NCBI GenBank assembly: GCA_965215015.1 | Contig: OZ244042.1 | Coordinates: 4,544,001-4,608,000 of the forward strand | Direction of reading: 5' to 3' | From: Candidatus Poribacteria bacterium | Lineage (GTDB): Bacteria; Poribacteria; WGA-4E; PCPOR2b | Length of the DNA stretch: 64,000 nucleotides | In this document: in pieces, positions 1 to 9,332 of the stretch | Position numbering within the stretch: the stretch's first letter is position 1 | Layout: each line of letters begins with the position of its first letter | The notes under the pieces: generated by a model | The model's database searches: none | Seen by the model: the letters and a program-made list of their open reading frames with translations, nothing else | Told to the model about the DNA's origin: nothing | Position numbers and translations under genes: made by a program

Positions 1-2
1 TT

Positions 3-305
3 ATCGTCGAAACGCCGCCGGGGTATATGTTAATGGTGACATTACGCAGCAGCACGCCTCGTAAACTAGGGTTGTTGATTCCGCATGGGGTTGGGGTTAT
101 CGATCTGGACTATTGTGGTGAAGGTGATGAGATCCAAATCCAGGTCTATAATTTCACAGGCCAACCCGTTACAGTCGAGAGTGGCGATAAGATCGCACAA
201 GGCATCTTTGTACGAGTGGATACCGCTGAATGGTCAGAGGTGTCCGAAATGCACTCACAGACGCGCGGTGGGTTTGGCAGCACGGACAAAGGAGGGATTC
301 ATTAG
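3..305 (+). CDS. dut: dUTP diphosphatase (5'-truncated by window edge)
   Basis: Frame open from base 3 (IVETPPGYMLMV...); dUTPase motifs RSS, GVIDLDY, KIAQ and C-terminal RGGFGST; upstream of thyA/folA. Confidence 0.93.
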   Translation: MVETPPGYMLMVTLRSSTPRKLGLLIPHGVGVIDLDYCGEGDEIQIQVYNFTGQPVTVESGDKIAQGIFVRVDTAEWSEVSEMHSQTRGGFGSTDKGGIH

Positions 306-308
306 TAC

Positions 309-475
309 TAGGAGTTACGCGCTTCTAGCGGGAACAGCTATAGTTGTTCCATACGGATACTTAATAGTACACCTACTTACTGGTGTTGCCCGATTCATCG
401 GACGGCGAGAGTTGTCATGTGCGGCGATGAATTGCCAAACCATAAGGCTTCGAGGGTTCAACTGCGTAAGCCCTA
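309..475. mobile_element. MITE-like element with imperfect 12-bp terminal inverted repeats and 5-bp flanking direct repeat
   Basis: TAGGAGTTACGC (309-320) versus GCGTAAGCCCTA (464-475), 10/12 complementary; AGTAC at 304-308 and 476-480; right end GAGGGTTCAACTG.GTAAG.CC recurs near 2690 and 21466, left end near 63102. Confidence 0.6.
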
Positions 476-540
476 AGTACATTGATTCACTGGTTTTTAA
501 TGGACTTATGCACTGATCTACTAATGAATTTCAAGAAAAG

Positions 541-1359
541 ATGAAGCAGTATTTAGACGCGTTGAGACAGATTATAGAGACAGGTGCAGATCGTGGGGGC
601 CGTAACGGGCTCACCCGTGCCCTGTTCGGTATGCAGATGCGTTACGACATGGCAGCTGGTTTCCCCGCTGTCACGACCAAAAAGCTAGCGTTCAAGGTCA
701 TGAAAGCTGAACTTTTAGGCTTTTTGAGAGGCTACTCCGATGTCAATGATTTCCAGAAGTTGGGTTGTCATGTCTGGGACGCGAACGCGGAGGCGGCTTA
801 CTGGAAGCCAAAAGCGCGGTTTGAGGGCGATCTCGGGCGAATTTACGGCGTGCAGTGGCGCTCCTGGAAGGCCCCCGACGGACAAATTGTAGACCAGCTT
901 TCCAATACCATTGAAGGCATTAAAACGCAGCCCTACAGTCGTCGCCATGTCGTAACGGCGTGGAACCCGGGTGAGTTGGATCAGATGGCACTTGAACCGT
1001 GTCCCACGCTTTTCCAATTTTTTGTGGCTGACAGGAAGCTATCGCTTCAGTTGTATCAGCGCAGTTGTGATATGCTTCTGGGTGTACCGTTCAATATCGC
1101 CTCATACTCCTTGCTGCTGCACATGGTCGCGCAGGTAACGGACTTGGTGCCGGGTGAGTTTATCCACACCTTGGGTGATGCACATATCTACCACCTCCAT
1201 TTCGAGCAGATAGAAACACAGTTGCAGCGGGAACCGCTTGAACTTCCCGAACTTCACTTGAATCCGAAGATAAAATCGATAGACGATTTCAAGATGCAGG
1301 ACATCCAGCTGCACAACTATAAACACCACCGCACCATCAAAGCACCGATGGTTGTATAA
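541..1359 (+). CDS. thyA: thymidylate synthase
   Basis: LGRIYGVQWRSW, SRRHVVTAWNP, catalytic PC, YQRSCD, PFNIASY, DAHIY. Confidence 0.97.
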   Translation: MKQYLDALRQIIETGADRGGRNGLTRALFGMQMRYDMAAGFPAVTTKKLAFKVMKAELLGFLRGYSDVNDFQKLGCHVWDANAEAAYWKPKARFEGDLGRIYGVQWRSWKAPDGQIVDQLSNTIEGIKTQPYSRRHVVTAWNPGELDQMALEPCPTLFQFFVADRKLSLQLYQRSCDMLLGVPFNIASYSLLLHMVAQVTDLVPGEFIHTLGDAHIYHLHFEQIETQLQREPLELPELHLNPKIKSIDDFKMQDIQLHNYKHHRTIKAPMVV

Positions 1360-1370
1360 AGGGCGTACAG

Positions 1371-1871
1371 ATGATTATCTCCGTCATTGCGGGCATGGAT
1401 AAAAATCGCCTGATTGGTCAGCGCAACCGATTGCCGTGGAAACTGCCTGCCGATCTGAAACACTTCCGGCGACATACATTGGGCAAGCCTGTGTTGATGG
1501 GACGTAAGACCTTTGAGTCAATTGGCAAGCCGTTGTCGAAGCGCACCAATATCATACTAACACACGACCGCGATTATCGGGCGGAAGGCTGCATTGTGAG
1601 CCATTCTATCAAAGAAGCATTGGAGGCGGTTAAAGACTGTGAAGAACTCATGATAATCGGCGGTGCCTCGATTTACAAACTATTTTTGCCACGTGCCAAT
1701 CGCCTTTATCTGACATGCATCCACGATTGTTTTGAGGGCGATGTCTATTTCCCGGCATTTGATCTAGCTAACTGGCAAGCGGTCAAACGGGTTGACTGCC
1801 CGCCGGACGAAAAAAATCCGTATCCATATAGCTTTCTTTTCCTGCACAGAAGGAGCGAAAATGCCCAATAA
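1371..1871 (+). CDS. folA: dihydrofolate reductase
   Basis: LPWKLPADLKHF, MGRKTFESI, IIGGASIY, GDVYFP; follows thyA. Confidence 0.97.
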   Translation: MIISVIAGMDKNRLIGQRNRLPWKLPADLKHFRRHTLGKPVLMGRKTFESIGKPLSKRTNIILTHDRDYRAEGCIVSHSIKEALEAVKDCEELMIIGGASIYKLFLPRANRLYLTCIHDCFEGDVYFPAFDLANWQAVKRVDCPPDEKNPYPYSFLFLHRRSENAQ

Positions 1872-2523
1872 TCGGCTAAAGCTCTGTATGCTCTCCGGTT
1901 CTTTTGAGTACGATTCAGAAGTGTCTCTCGCTGTTTTCCATGAGTATATCGAGAAAAATTACCCCGTTCAATCAACGCGAATCATCTATCAAAATGAGGA
2001 CGACGATCCATCCCTCGAACCGTTGCAAGATACGGATGTGTTGTTGGTTTTCACGCGACGGCTTAATACCACAGGTAAAGAACTAGATCGTTTCAAAGCG
2101 TATTGTGCCCAAGGCAAACCCATCGTGGGGGTACGGACAGCAAGTCATGCGTATCAGAATTGGCTCGCCTTTGATAAAGAGGTTCTCGGCGGGGACTACC
2201 AGGGGCATTATGGCAGCGGTGCCATTGCACGCGCCGAAATCAATCCAAGCGCGAAAGACCATCCCATTTTACAGGGCATCTCAAACTTTGACTCCTATGG
2301 CAGCCTTTACAAAAATCCCTCTATCGCTGCTGATACGACGCTGCTCTTGAACGGATACACGAAAGAACATGCGGAGCCAGTGGCATGGACGCGCAGCCAT
2401 CGTGGTGGGCGCATCTTCTACACCTCACTCGGACATCAGAGAGATTTTGAGGTTGAGATGTTTCTACGTCTGCTTGCGAATGCGGTGCTGTGGGTAGGTG
2501 GACAGTTAGATACAACATGCTAA
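1861..2523 (+). CDS. ThuA-like (trehalose utilisation / class I glutamine amidotransferase-like) domain protein
   Basis: ATG at 1861 after AAGGAG, overlapping folA end; GVRTASHA, HPIL, PVAWT, RIFYTSLGH motifs. Confidence 0.8.
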   Translation: MPNNRLKLCMLSGSFEYDSEVSLAVFHEYIEKNYPVQSTRIIYQNEDDDPSLEPLQDTDVLLVFTRRLNTTGKELDRFKAYCAQGKPIVGVRTASHAYQNWLAFDKEVLGGDYQGHYGSGAIARAEINPSAKDHPILQGISNFDSYGSLYKNPSIAADTTLLLNGYTKEHAEPVAWTRSHRGGRIFYTSLGHQRDFEVEMFLRLLANAVLWVGGQLDTTC

Positions 2524-2543
2524 TATAACGCTAGTTGCTAGTA

Positions 2544-2713
2544 GTAGGCATACGCCGGATCCCGTCCCTCCCTTCCCCTGCTAAGAACCTCCACCCCCCG
2601 CAAGCAGGAGGAGGGCACGGCGGAGCGGGCCGACTACTTTGGGATTCACGGTCGCCGCCCGATATGGGACCTTTTTTAATGTTGGCTTCGAGGGTTCAAC
2701 TGAGTAAGTCCTA
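2544..2713. repeat. mosaic intergenic repeat (REP-like GTAGGCATACGCC, CCCCCGCAAGCAGG unit, MITE-like end)
   Basis: Units shared with 452-475, 3899, 7763, 40688, 46591 and 63157. Confidence 0.6.
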
Positions 2714-2798
2714 ATATAAGCAACATGCTAAACATTGCAATGCAAAGCGGGAGCGATCCCCACACTAATCTAAATCACAGTCGGCGAAGGTAAAATCT

Positions 2799-3791
2799 AT
2801 GGGAAAGATTGATTACAGAGATTTTGACCGGGACATTTGGGAGCGAGAGTTGGAAGATTTCGTGCCTTCTGTAGTCTACGACATGCACACCCACATGTGG
2901 TCGGAAGCGCACAAAGGTACACTGATAGATCCGCCCACCGGACTCCGTCGGGAGATTGATTATCAGGACCATCTGGCATGGGCGGCGAAACTGTATCCGG
3001 GGCGCGAGATGCACTACCTTGTTTTGGGAACTCCGATGCCGGGCATGGATGCAGAGGGACACAACGACTGGATGGCAGCGCAGATGACAGCAGATCCACA
3101 ATCGGCAGTGAACATGATGGTCACACCGGAGATGACACCGGACTATGTCGCAACACAGGTCAAAAAACACGATTTCTTTGGACTAAAGCCGTATCGCACG
3201 TTTGCGCCGGATCCGGCGAACGCTCGCATCCGGGATTTCCTGCCCGAATCTTTTATCGAGGTTGCACACGAGATGGGACTGGCGATTACCATGCACCTTT
3301 CCAAGAAAACGGGTCCGGCTGATCCCGAAAACATAAAAGACCTGCAATACTACACGAAACAGTATCCGAGAGCCCAATGGATTCTCGCACACTGCGCTCG
3401 CGCCTTCAACGCGTTTATGATGGAGGAGGCCATCCATGTCCTCAAAGAGATGCCGAATATCTGGTACGACACATCAGCGGTGAACGATATCTACTCTCAC
3501 TTTCTGCTGATGAAACATGAGGACCGTAACCGGGTTATGTTCGGATCGGACAATATCGTAGCGGGATGTGCACGCGGTAAGTACATCACTTATGGCCGGG
3601 CGTGGGAGTATTATGGCGGTTTTCCAGATTTGCCGCACTGTGATCCGACCCCAACGTTTGTGATTTACGAGCAGTTGCGCCAAGAGCGGCAGGTCGCAGA
3701 TATGCTCGGATTGACCCCGGGCGAAATTGAGGATCATTTCTCCGGAAATGCAATACGCTTTATCAAGCAGGTCAGAGCGAGTCGTAACTAG
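2799..3791 (+). CDS. amidohydrolase family (Amidohydro_2-like) metal-dependent hydrolase
   Basis: DMHTH metal motif, GLKPY, ILAHCA, WYDTS, VMFGSD. Confidence 0.85.
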   Translation: MGKIDYRDFDRDIWERELEDFVPSVVYDMHTHMWSEAHKGTLIDPPTGLRREIDYQDHLAWAAKLYPGREMHYLVLGTPMPGMDAEGHNDWMAAQMTADPQSAVNMMVTPEMTPDYVATQVKKHDFFGLKPYRTFAPDPANARIRDFLPESFIEVAHEMGLAITMHLSKKTGPADPENIKDLQYYTKQYPRAQWILAHCARAFNAFMMEEAIHVLKEMPNIWYDTSAVNDIYSHFLLMKHEDRNRVMFGSDNIVAGCARGKYITYGRAWEYYGGFPDLPHCDPTPTFVIYEQLRQERQVADMLGLTPGEIEDHFSGNAIRFIKQVRASRN

Positions 3792-3866
3792 GTTTTGTTG
3801 ACATTTGATAACGTAATGAGTAGATAGGGACTTTTCTCTGAATTTAACGTAAAGTCGCACCCCCTT

Positions 3867-3972
3867 ACGCCCCTCAGTCCCAAATACCCACACGGTATCC
3901 CCGCAAGCAAGGGGGAAATAGGCTCCCCTGCCCCCACTTGCGGGGGGCTAGGGGGCTTAGCGGGGGAGGGCG
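3867..3972. repeat. GC-rich composite repeat (CCC.AATACCCACACGGTATC plus CCCCGCAAGC.GGGGG units)
   Basis: Near-identical segments at 40649-40683 and 46655-46676. Confidence 0.7.
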
Positions 3973-4181
3973 CAAGTTCCGATTCGGTTGCGCGCTAAAT
4001 GAGATATGAATATAGACCTACAGGTTGGGCGCAGGCGAAATCCCGATTGGGATTTTCAACGTGCCCGTTCTCATGATACTCCGCATCGGTTGGTTAGGAA
4101 GCCCAACCTACAACTTTGTTGACATCTTAACAGTTGGCCGCAGCAAAATGCCAACACGCCCTAGGGAAAGGAAGGCAGCCA

Positions 4182-5276
4182 ATGAAAAGAACACCACTCT
4201 ATGAAACCCATCATATACTTGGGGCAGCGTTTACGAAGAACCGTGAAGATTGGGAACTGGTTGAGTATTTTACTGATTCTCAGCAGGAACACCGCGCAGT
4301 GAGGCAGGGCGTCGGCGTCGTAGACCTCTCGCACCGTGGGAGGCTCCGTCTTACGGGGAGCGACCGAGCAGCATACCTCCATCGTATTATCTCTAACGAT
4401 GTTGAGGGGTTGGCGATTGGAGAAGGAAACTACGCAACCATTCTGACAAATCGTGGAAAAATCATCGCCGACATGAACGTATATGTTTTCGAGGATTCCA
4501 TCGGTATTGAGACCAACCCTGAAAAGACATCAAGCCTCTATCAGGAATTGGACAAGTACCTGATTGCCGACGACGTAACCATCAAAAATGTCACCGAACG
4601 CACCGGTGCTGTTGGTGTCCACGGACCAGAATCTGCTCAACTGCTTCAGGAAGTCTGTGGATTGGATGTCGGGTGTCTCCCGGCATATCACAACCTTGTT
4701 CATGAGATCGACGGCCGACGCATCGTCTGCGTCCGTGCCAACGAAACAGGCGAGCTTGGCTACAATCTTTATACAGAATCTGGATCGATAGAGTGGCTAT
4801 GGGATACGACCTTGACGAAGGGACGGGTATTTGGCGCACAGCCTGTGGGCTTAACTGCCTTGAACACCCTCCGTATTGAGGCAGGTATCCCTCGATACGG
4901 AGCAGAATTGGACGATTCGATTTTTCCGCAGGAAGCGGAGTTAGAAGGTGCAATCAGCTTCGAGAAAGGTTGCTATATCGGTCAGGAAATTGTGGCGCGC
5001 ATGAAGTATCGGGGTCACCCGAACCGCCTACTACGCGGATTTGAAATCATCAGCGATACACCGCCCCAGAAAGGCGATCGCCTCTTTGATGGAGATAAAG
5101 AGATTGGTTGGATAACCAGTGCGGTTGTTTCACCCACGTTTGGCAAGACGATTGGGATGGGGTATGTCCGAATCGCGTTTACCGATGAAGGCAGTCAGGT
5201 GGAAGTCGAAACGGCGGGCTGTCGAGTGAAAGCCACAGTTCGGCTGTTGCCCTTTTATCAGAATCTTCCAATCTAA
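4182..5276 (+). CDS. GcvT/YgfZ-family folate-binding aminomethyltransferase-like protein
   Basis: KRTPLY N-terminus, DLSHRG, LRIEAG and YgfZ-type KGCYIGQE motif; ATG at 4182 preferred over TTG at 4134. Confidence 0.88.
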   Translation: MKRTPLYETHHILGAAFTKNREDWELVEYFTDSQQEHRAVRQGVGVVDLSHRGRLRLTGSDRAAYLHRIISNDVEGLAIGEGNYATILTNRGKIIADMNVYVFEDSIGIETNPEKTSSLYQELDKYLIADDVTIKNVTERTGAVGVHGPESAQLLQEVCGLDVGCLPAYHNLVHEIDGRRIVCVRANETGELGYNLYTESGSIEWLWDTTLTKGRVFGAQPVGLTALNTLRIEAGIPRYGAELDDSIFPQEAELEGAISFEKGCYIGQEIVARMKYRGHPNRLLRGFEIISDTPPQKGDRLFDGDKEIGWITSAVVSPTFGKTIGMGYVRIAFTDEGSQVEVETAGCRVKATVRLLPFYQNLPI

Positions 5277-5666
5277 CACCCCGTCTTTTAAGACGGGGGT
5301 ATAAACAGTATTATGGGACTCAAGCTGACACCGAAAGGACAGGAAAGGACATCGTTTACTTTCAAGGCAGACAACTTTTCAGAACCGTAACGCATCTGAT
5401 TACTATTTCAATCATTGGACTTGTGAGCATCCCTCAAGTACCCAATCGTAGGAGCTTGGTTGCCTCGCCCAATGGGTAGCAACTTGCGTTAAGATAGTCC
5501 CTAAAATTTCAGAATTGTGGACTATGTAGGGAACGCGGATTTGCTTTCCCTACAGGCTGATTCATCGAACACCGATGAAATCACCTTTTTGGTTTGACAG
5601 AGATGTTCCTTATTTGTTAAACTCTGCGCGCATGTTGAGGCAAGTGGGCTTGTTACTTATCACGAA

Positions 5667-5717
5667 GGTTCATGTTAAGAAATCGTTTGCGTTTTGTACC
5701 TTCTTTTTATATGAGCC
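5667..5717. mobile_element. minimal MITE (GGYTCATGTTAAGAAA family), copy 1
   Basis: Ends GGTTCATGTTAAGAAA and TTCTTTTTATATGAGCC are inverted repeats; longer copies at 9204, 40443 and 61174. Confidence 0.65.
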
Positions 5718-5749
5718 ATCACGAAAAGCCCGAAGCGAGGGAAAAAGAT

Positions 5750-6022
5750 ATGACAGGAAACGATAAAAACCGTGCCTATTGGAAAAAGAATCTGCAATAT
5801 CTGAGTGCCTTGCTAGTTGTATGGTTCAGCACCTCTTACGGTTGTGCAATCCTGTTTGTCAACTATCTCGACAAAATTAAAATCGGCGGTTTTCGTCTCG
5901 GTTTCTGGTTCGCACAACAAGGGTCAATTTACGTCTTTGTTGTGTTGATTTTCATCTATGTCTACCTGATGAATCGCCTTGATAAGCGGCACAGTGCCCC
6001 CGAAAGAGAGGAAGATGAATGA
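5750..6022 (+). CDS. DUF4212 family small membrane subunit of solute:sodium symporter
   Basis: AYWKKN and GFWFAQQGSI motifs; ATGA overlap with the symporter; the ORF-track start at 5672 lies inside the MITE. Confidence 0.88.
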   Translation: MTGNDKNRAYWKKNLQYLSALLVVWFSTSYGCAILFVNYLDKIKIGGFRLGFWFAQQGSIYVFVVLIFIYVYLMNRLDKRHSAPEREEDE

Positions 6023-7725
6023 GCGTACAGGCATGGACATTTGTGATGGTTGGCTTATCCTTCGCACTCTATATTGGCGTAGCAATCTGGTCAAGGGCAA
6101 GTTCGACGGGGGAATTCTATATTGCAGGTGCCGGGGTGCCCTCGGTTGTCAACGGCATGGCGACAGCAGCCGATTGGATGAGTGCTGCATCGTTTATTTC
6201 GATGGCGGGTCTCATTTCGTTCATGGGACGCGATGGCTCCGTCTATCTCATGGGTTGGACGGGCGGTTATGTGTTGCTGGCACTACTGTTAGCACCGTAT
6301 CTGCGGAAGTTTGGCAAGTACACCGTGCCTGATTTTGTCGGCGACCGTTACTACTCACGGACAGCGCGAATCGTTGCGGTCATCTGTGCAATTTTTGTGT
6401 CCTTCACGTATGTTGCAGGACAGATGCGCGGCGTTGGCATTGTCTTTTCAAGATTCCTGAACGTCGACATCAACATCGGTGTACTAATTGGCATGGGGAT
6501 TGTGTTCTTTTACGCGGTGCTAGGCGGTATGAAGGGAATCACCTATACACAGGTTGCCCAGTACTGTGTCCTAATCTTTGCTTACCTTGTGCCGGCAATC
6601 TTTATATCGCTGTTGATGACCGGCAACATTATCCCGCAGCTCGGTTTTGGTGGGGTATTGGCAGATGGTTCGGGGGAATTCTTACTCGACAAACTCAACG
6701 GATTGAGTCAGGAACTCGGCTTTGACGCATACACCGATGGACGCAAGGCGACAATTGATGTGTTCTTTATCACGGCGGCCCTTATGGTCGGCACGGCTGG
6801 GCTCCCGCATGTCATTGTGCGTTTCTACACAGTGCCGAAGGTTTCTGCGGCGCGGAGTTCTGCAGGGTGGGCGTTGTTCTTTATTGCCATCCTTTATACC
6901 ACCGCCCCTGCGGTGGCAGCATTCGCTCGGACGAATCTTTTGAATACGGTTTCAGATGCCAAATACGCGGAAGTTCCGGGCTGGTTCAAGAATTGGGAGG
7001 CGACAGGACTCATTAAATTTGATGACAAAAACGGGGACGGTAGCATTCAGTATCGAGGAGCCGACTCAGAGGTTGAGAATGAACTGACCATTGATCGTGA
7101 TATCATGGTGCTGGCGAACCCTGAAATCGCCAAGCTGCCGAACTGGGTTGTGGGGTTAGTTGCCGCGGGGGGGTTGGCGGCTGCGCTCTCTACAGCGGCG
7201 GGCCTGTTGCTAGTGATTTCGACTTCGGTCGCTCATGACCTTTTGAAACGGGAGCTAGTTCAAGGGATTAGCGAGAAAGGCGAATTGGTTGCCGCACGCA
7301 TCGCGGCGGGGGTTGCGGTTTGTATTGCAGGTTATTTCGGTATCAATCCACCCGGCTTCGTTGGACAGGTCGTTGCGTTTGCATTTGGTTTGGCTGCCGC
7401 CTCATTTTTCCCAGCAATCATCATGGGTATTTTCTGGAAACGGATGAACAACATCGGCGCAATTAGCGGCATGATTGTTGGTATCACCTTCACGGCGGGC
7501 TATATTATTTTCTTCAAGTTTATTCGTCCTGACCTGAATGCACCCGCACACTGGTTGTTCGGCATTTCCCCCGAAGGCATCGGAACGCTTGGCATGGCAC
7601 TCAACTTCTTAGTGTCAATTCCCGTCTCTTTAATCACACCGTCACCGCCGCCGGAGGTCCAAGAGCTTGTTGACAATATCCGCAGCCCTCAAGATGCAGG
7701 GCCGCCCCACGAGTTATCCGCTTGA
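6019..7725 (+). CDS. sodium:solute symporter (ActP-like cation/acetate symporter family)
   Basis: GMATAADWMSAASF, GGMKGITYTQVAQY, GTAGLPHVIVRFYT; many TM helices. Confidence 0.93.
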   Translation: MSVQAWTFVMVGLSFALYIGVAIWSRASSTGEFYIAGAGVPSVVNGMATAADWMSAASFISMAGLISFMGRDGSVYLMGWTGGYVLLALLLAPYLRKFGKYTVPDFVGDRYYSRTARIVAVICAIFVSFTYVAGQMRGVGIVFSRFLNVDINIGVLIGMGIVFFYAVLGGMKGITYTQVAQYCVLIFAYLVPAIFISLLMTGNIIPQLGFGGVLADGSGEFLLDKLNGLSQELGFDAYTDGRKATIDVFFITAALMVGTAGLPHVIVRFYTVPKVSAARSSAGWALFFIAILYTTAPAVAAFARTNLLNTVSDAKYAEVPGWFKNWEATGLIKFDDKNGDGSIQYRGADSEVENELTIDRDIMVLANPEIAKLPNWVVGLVAAGGLAAALSTAAGLLLVISTSVAHDLLKRELVQGISEKGELVAARIAAGVAVCIAGYFGINPPGFVGQVVAFAFGLAAASFFPAIIMGIFWKRMNNIGAISGMIVGITFTAGYIIFFKFIRPDLNAPAHWLFGISPEGIGTLGMALNFLVSIPVSLITPSPPPEVQELVDNIRSPQDAGPPHELSA

Positions 7726-7762
7726 TTACCGCTTTCTCATCATCTTTGGTGCGAGAAGGTAA

Positions 7763-7845
7763 TAGGCATACGCCGTATGCCTACCACTGTCGGATGAACT
7801 GTAGTTGCCTGATTCATCGGGCGTTGAGAGGCATGTTCACCGAAT
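7763..7845. repeat. REP-like palindrome plus dispersed repeat
   Basis: TAGGCATAC-GCC-GTATGCCTA hairpin (7763-7783); following CTGTC.GATGAACTGTAGT.GCC.GATTCATC.GGCGTTGAGAG is near-identical to about 46760-46803 and partly to 385-410. Confidence 0.7.
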
Positions 7846-7965
7846 CTGTAAATTGAAAGACCGCACTTCTATTGTCCTTGATATGGATTTGGGGTTAATC
7901 GTTCAACTCAATCTACACCACTAGTACATTGATGGATTAATGAACTAAATTAGATAAGGAAATCT

Positions 7966-9135
7966 ATGCTACCTTGGCTCTCTTGGAATCGTAATTTCCG
8001 GTTATTGTCAATAGCTGTCTTTGGAGCTGGTATCTTTTTTGGCGTTCAATTTTCACTTTTCCATAATTTTATCGTCGAACGGATCGGCATTGAAGCCCAT
8101 GAGTTGGGCTACATGGAGGCGTTGAGGGAAGTCCCCGGTTTTCTTAACGCGCTCTTTATTGCAGTAACAATCCTTTTGTCGCCGCCGCTGCTGGGTGGGG
8201 GCTCCCTCATCGTGATGGGATTAGGGTTGGCGTTATACTCGCAAGCAGACAGTTTTTTGGCGGTCCTTATCTATTCAGTTGTCTGGAGTATTGGATTTCA
8301 CGCATGGCTGCCGTTGCAGGGAACAATGGCACTTTTCTATTCAGAGGGAGAGGAGAAAGGAAAGTGGCTTGGTAGCTTGAGAAGTGTCGAGAGTCTTTCA
8401 ATGTTAGCTGCAATTGTTTTGTGCAAATTGGCTGTAGATGTGTTAGAATTTGGAGGGTTGTTCCAAGTTGGGGGGGCAGCCGTTGCAATCGGCGGTGTTG
8501 CGTTGATGTTCGCTTCACGTCAGTTGCAGACCGAGCGCGAAAATCGTTTTGTACTAAAAAAACGCTACTGGCTCTACTATCTGCTATCCTTTCTACAAGG
8601 CTGTCGTAGACAAATTTTTATCACCTTCGCAGTTTTCGCCCTCGTAAAAGTGTACGGCACCGATCGGGGTATCATTATCACGCTCATCCTAATCAACCAA
8701 TTCGTCGTATTTCTCTTTTCTCCGCTGATGGGTTGGCTTGTGGACAAACTCGGTGAGCGCATTATACTGACAGCGAGCTATATCGGTTTAACTTTTATAT
8801 TTATTGGCTACGCGTTGCTGAAAAACCCGCATCACTTATATATCCTTTATTGTGTTGATAACTTCCTGTTTGTCGGTGGTATTGCGATGACGACTTATGT
8901 GAACAAGATCGTGCCGAAACGCGACCTCAAGCCAACACTTGCGATGGGGGTGACCATGAACCACATTGCAGCAGTGGGTGCCCCGTTAGTTGGGGGGTTG
9001 GTATGGATGAAGCTCGGCTATGAGATTATCTTTCTCAGTGGAGGGGCTATTGCGTTTATCACGCTGATTGTTACACAGTGGATGAAGACTCAACCTTTGC
9101 TTGTTGATGCAAAGCCGGGGATGGCTGCGGATTAG
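7966..9135 (+). CDS. MFS transporter
   Basis: 389 aa, about 12 hydrophobic segments, GWLVDKLGER motif. Confidence 0.88.
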   Translation: MLPWLSWNRNFRLLSIAVFGAGIFFGVQFSLFHNFIVERIGIEAHELGYMEALREVPGFLNALFIAVTILLSPPLLGGGSLIVMGLGLALYSQADSFLAVLIYSVVWSIGFHAWLPLQGTMALFYSEGEEKGKWLGSLRSVESLSMLAAIVLCKLAVDVLEFGGLFQVGGAAVAIGGVALMFASRQLQTERENRFVLKKRYWLYYLLSFLQGCRRQIFITFAVFALVKVYGTDRGIIITLILINQFVVFLFSPLMGWLVDKLGERIILTASYIGLTFIFIGYALLKNPHHLYILYCVDNFLFVGGIAMTTYVNKIVPKRDLKPTLAMGVTMNHIAAVGAPLVGGLVWMKLGYEIIFLSGGAIAFITLIVTQWMKTQPLLVDAKPGMAAD

Positions 9136-9203
9136 CACACACAACAATCGAGAAACTCATATTTTATGGATCCCGTAATATCACAATACATTTTATTTTA
9201 TTG

Positions 9204-9295
9204 CGCTCATGTTAAGAAATGGTGCAACAGCTCCCGAGTTCTTTCGGAAAGACTCGGGAGCTCGTCGTGTTTTGCACTCTCTTTTTATATGAGTC
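9204..9295. mobile_element. MITE (GGYTCATGTTAAGAAA family), copy 2, upstream of topA
   Basis: GCTCATGTTAAGAAA ... CTTTTTATATGAGTC ends; internal hairpin AGCTCCCGAGT...ACTCGGGAGCT. Confidence 0.7.
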
Positions 9296-9332
9296 TTTGA
9301 ATTTATCACAAGTATCATCTGGAGCCTTTATA

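Noticed and set aside
85-516. 143-aa ORF overlapping dut
   Set aside because: Alternate frame of dut running into the MITE; no motif.
5279-5299. CCCCGTCTT-TT-AAGACGGGG hairpin as terminator or IS end
   Set aside because: No U-tract and no other IS features; function cannot be assigned.
5672-5749. Longer N-termini for DUF4212 (5672) and TopA (9219)
   Set aside because: These ATGs lie inside MITE copies; conserved protein sequence begins at 5750 and 9333.
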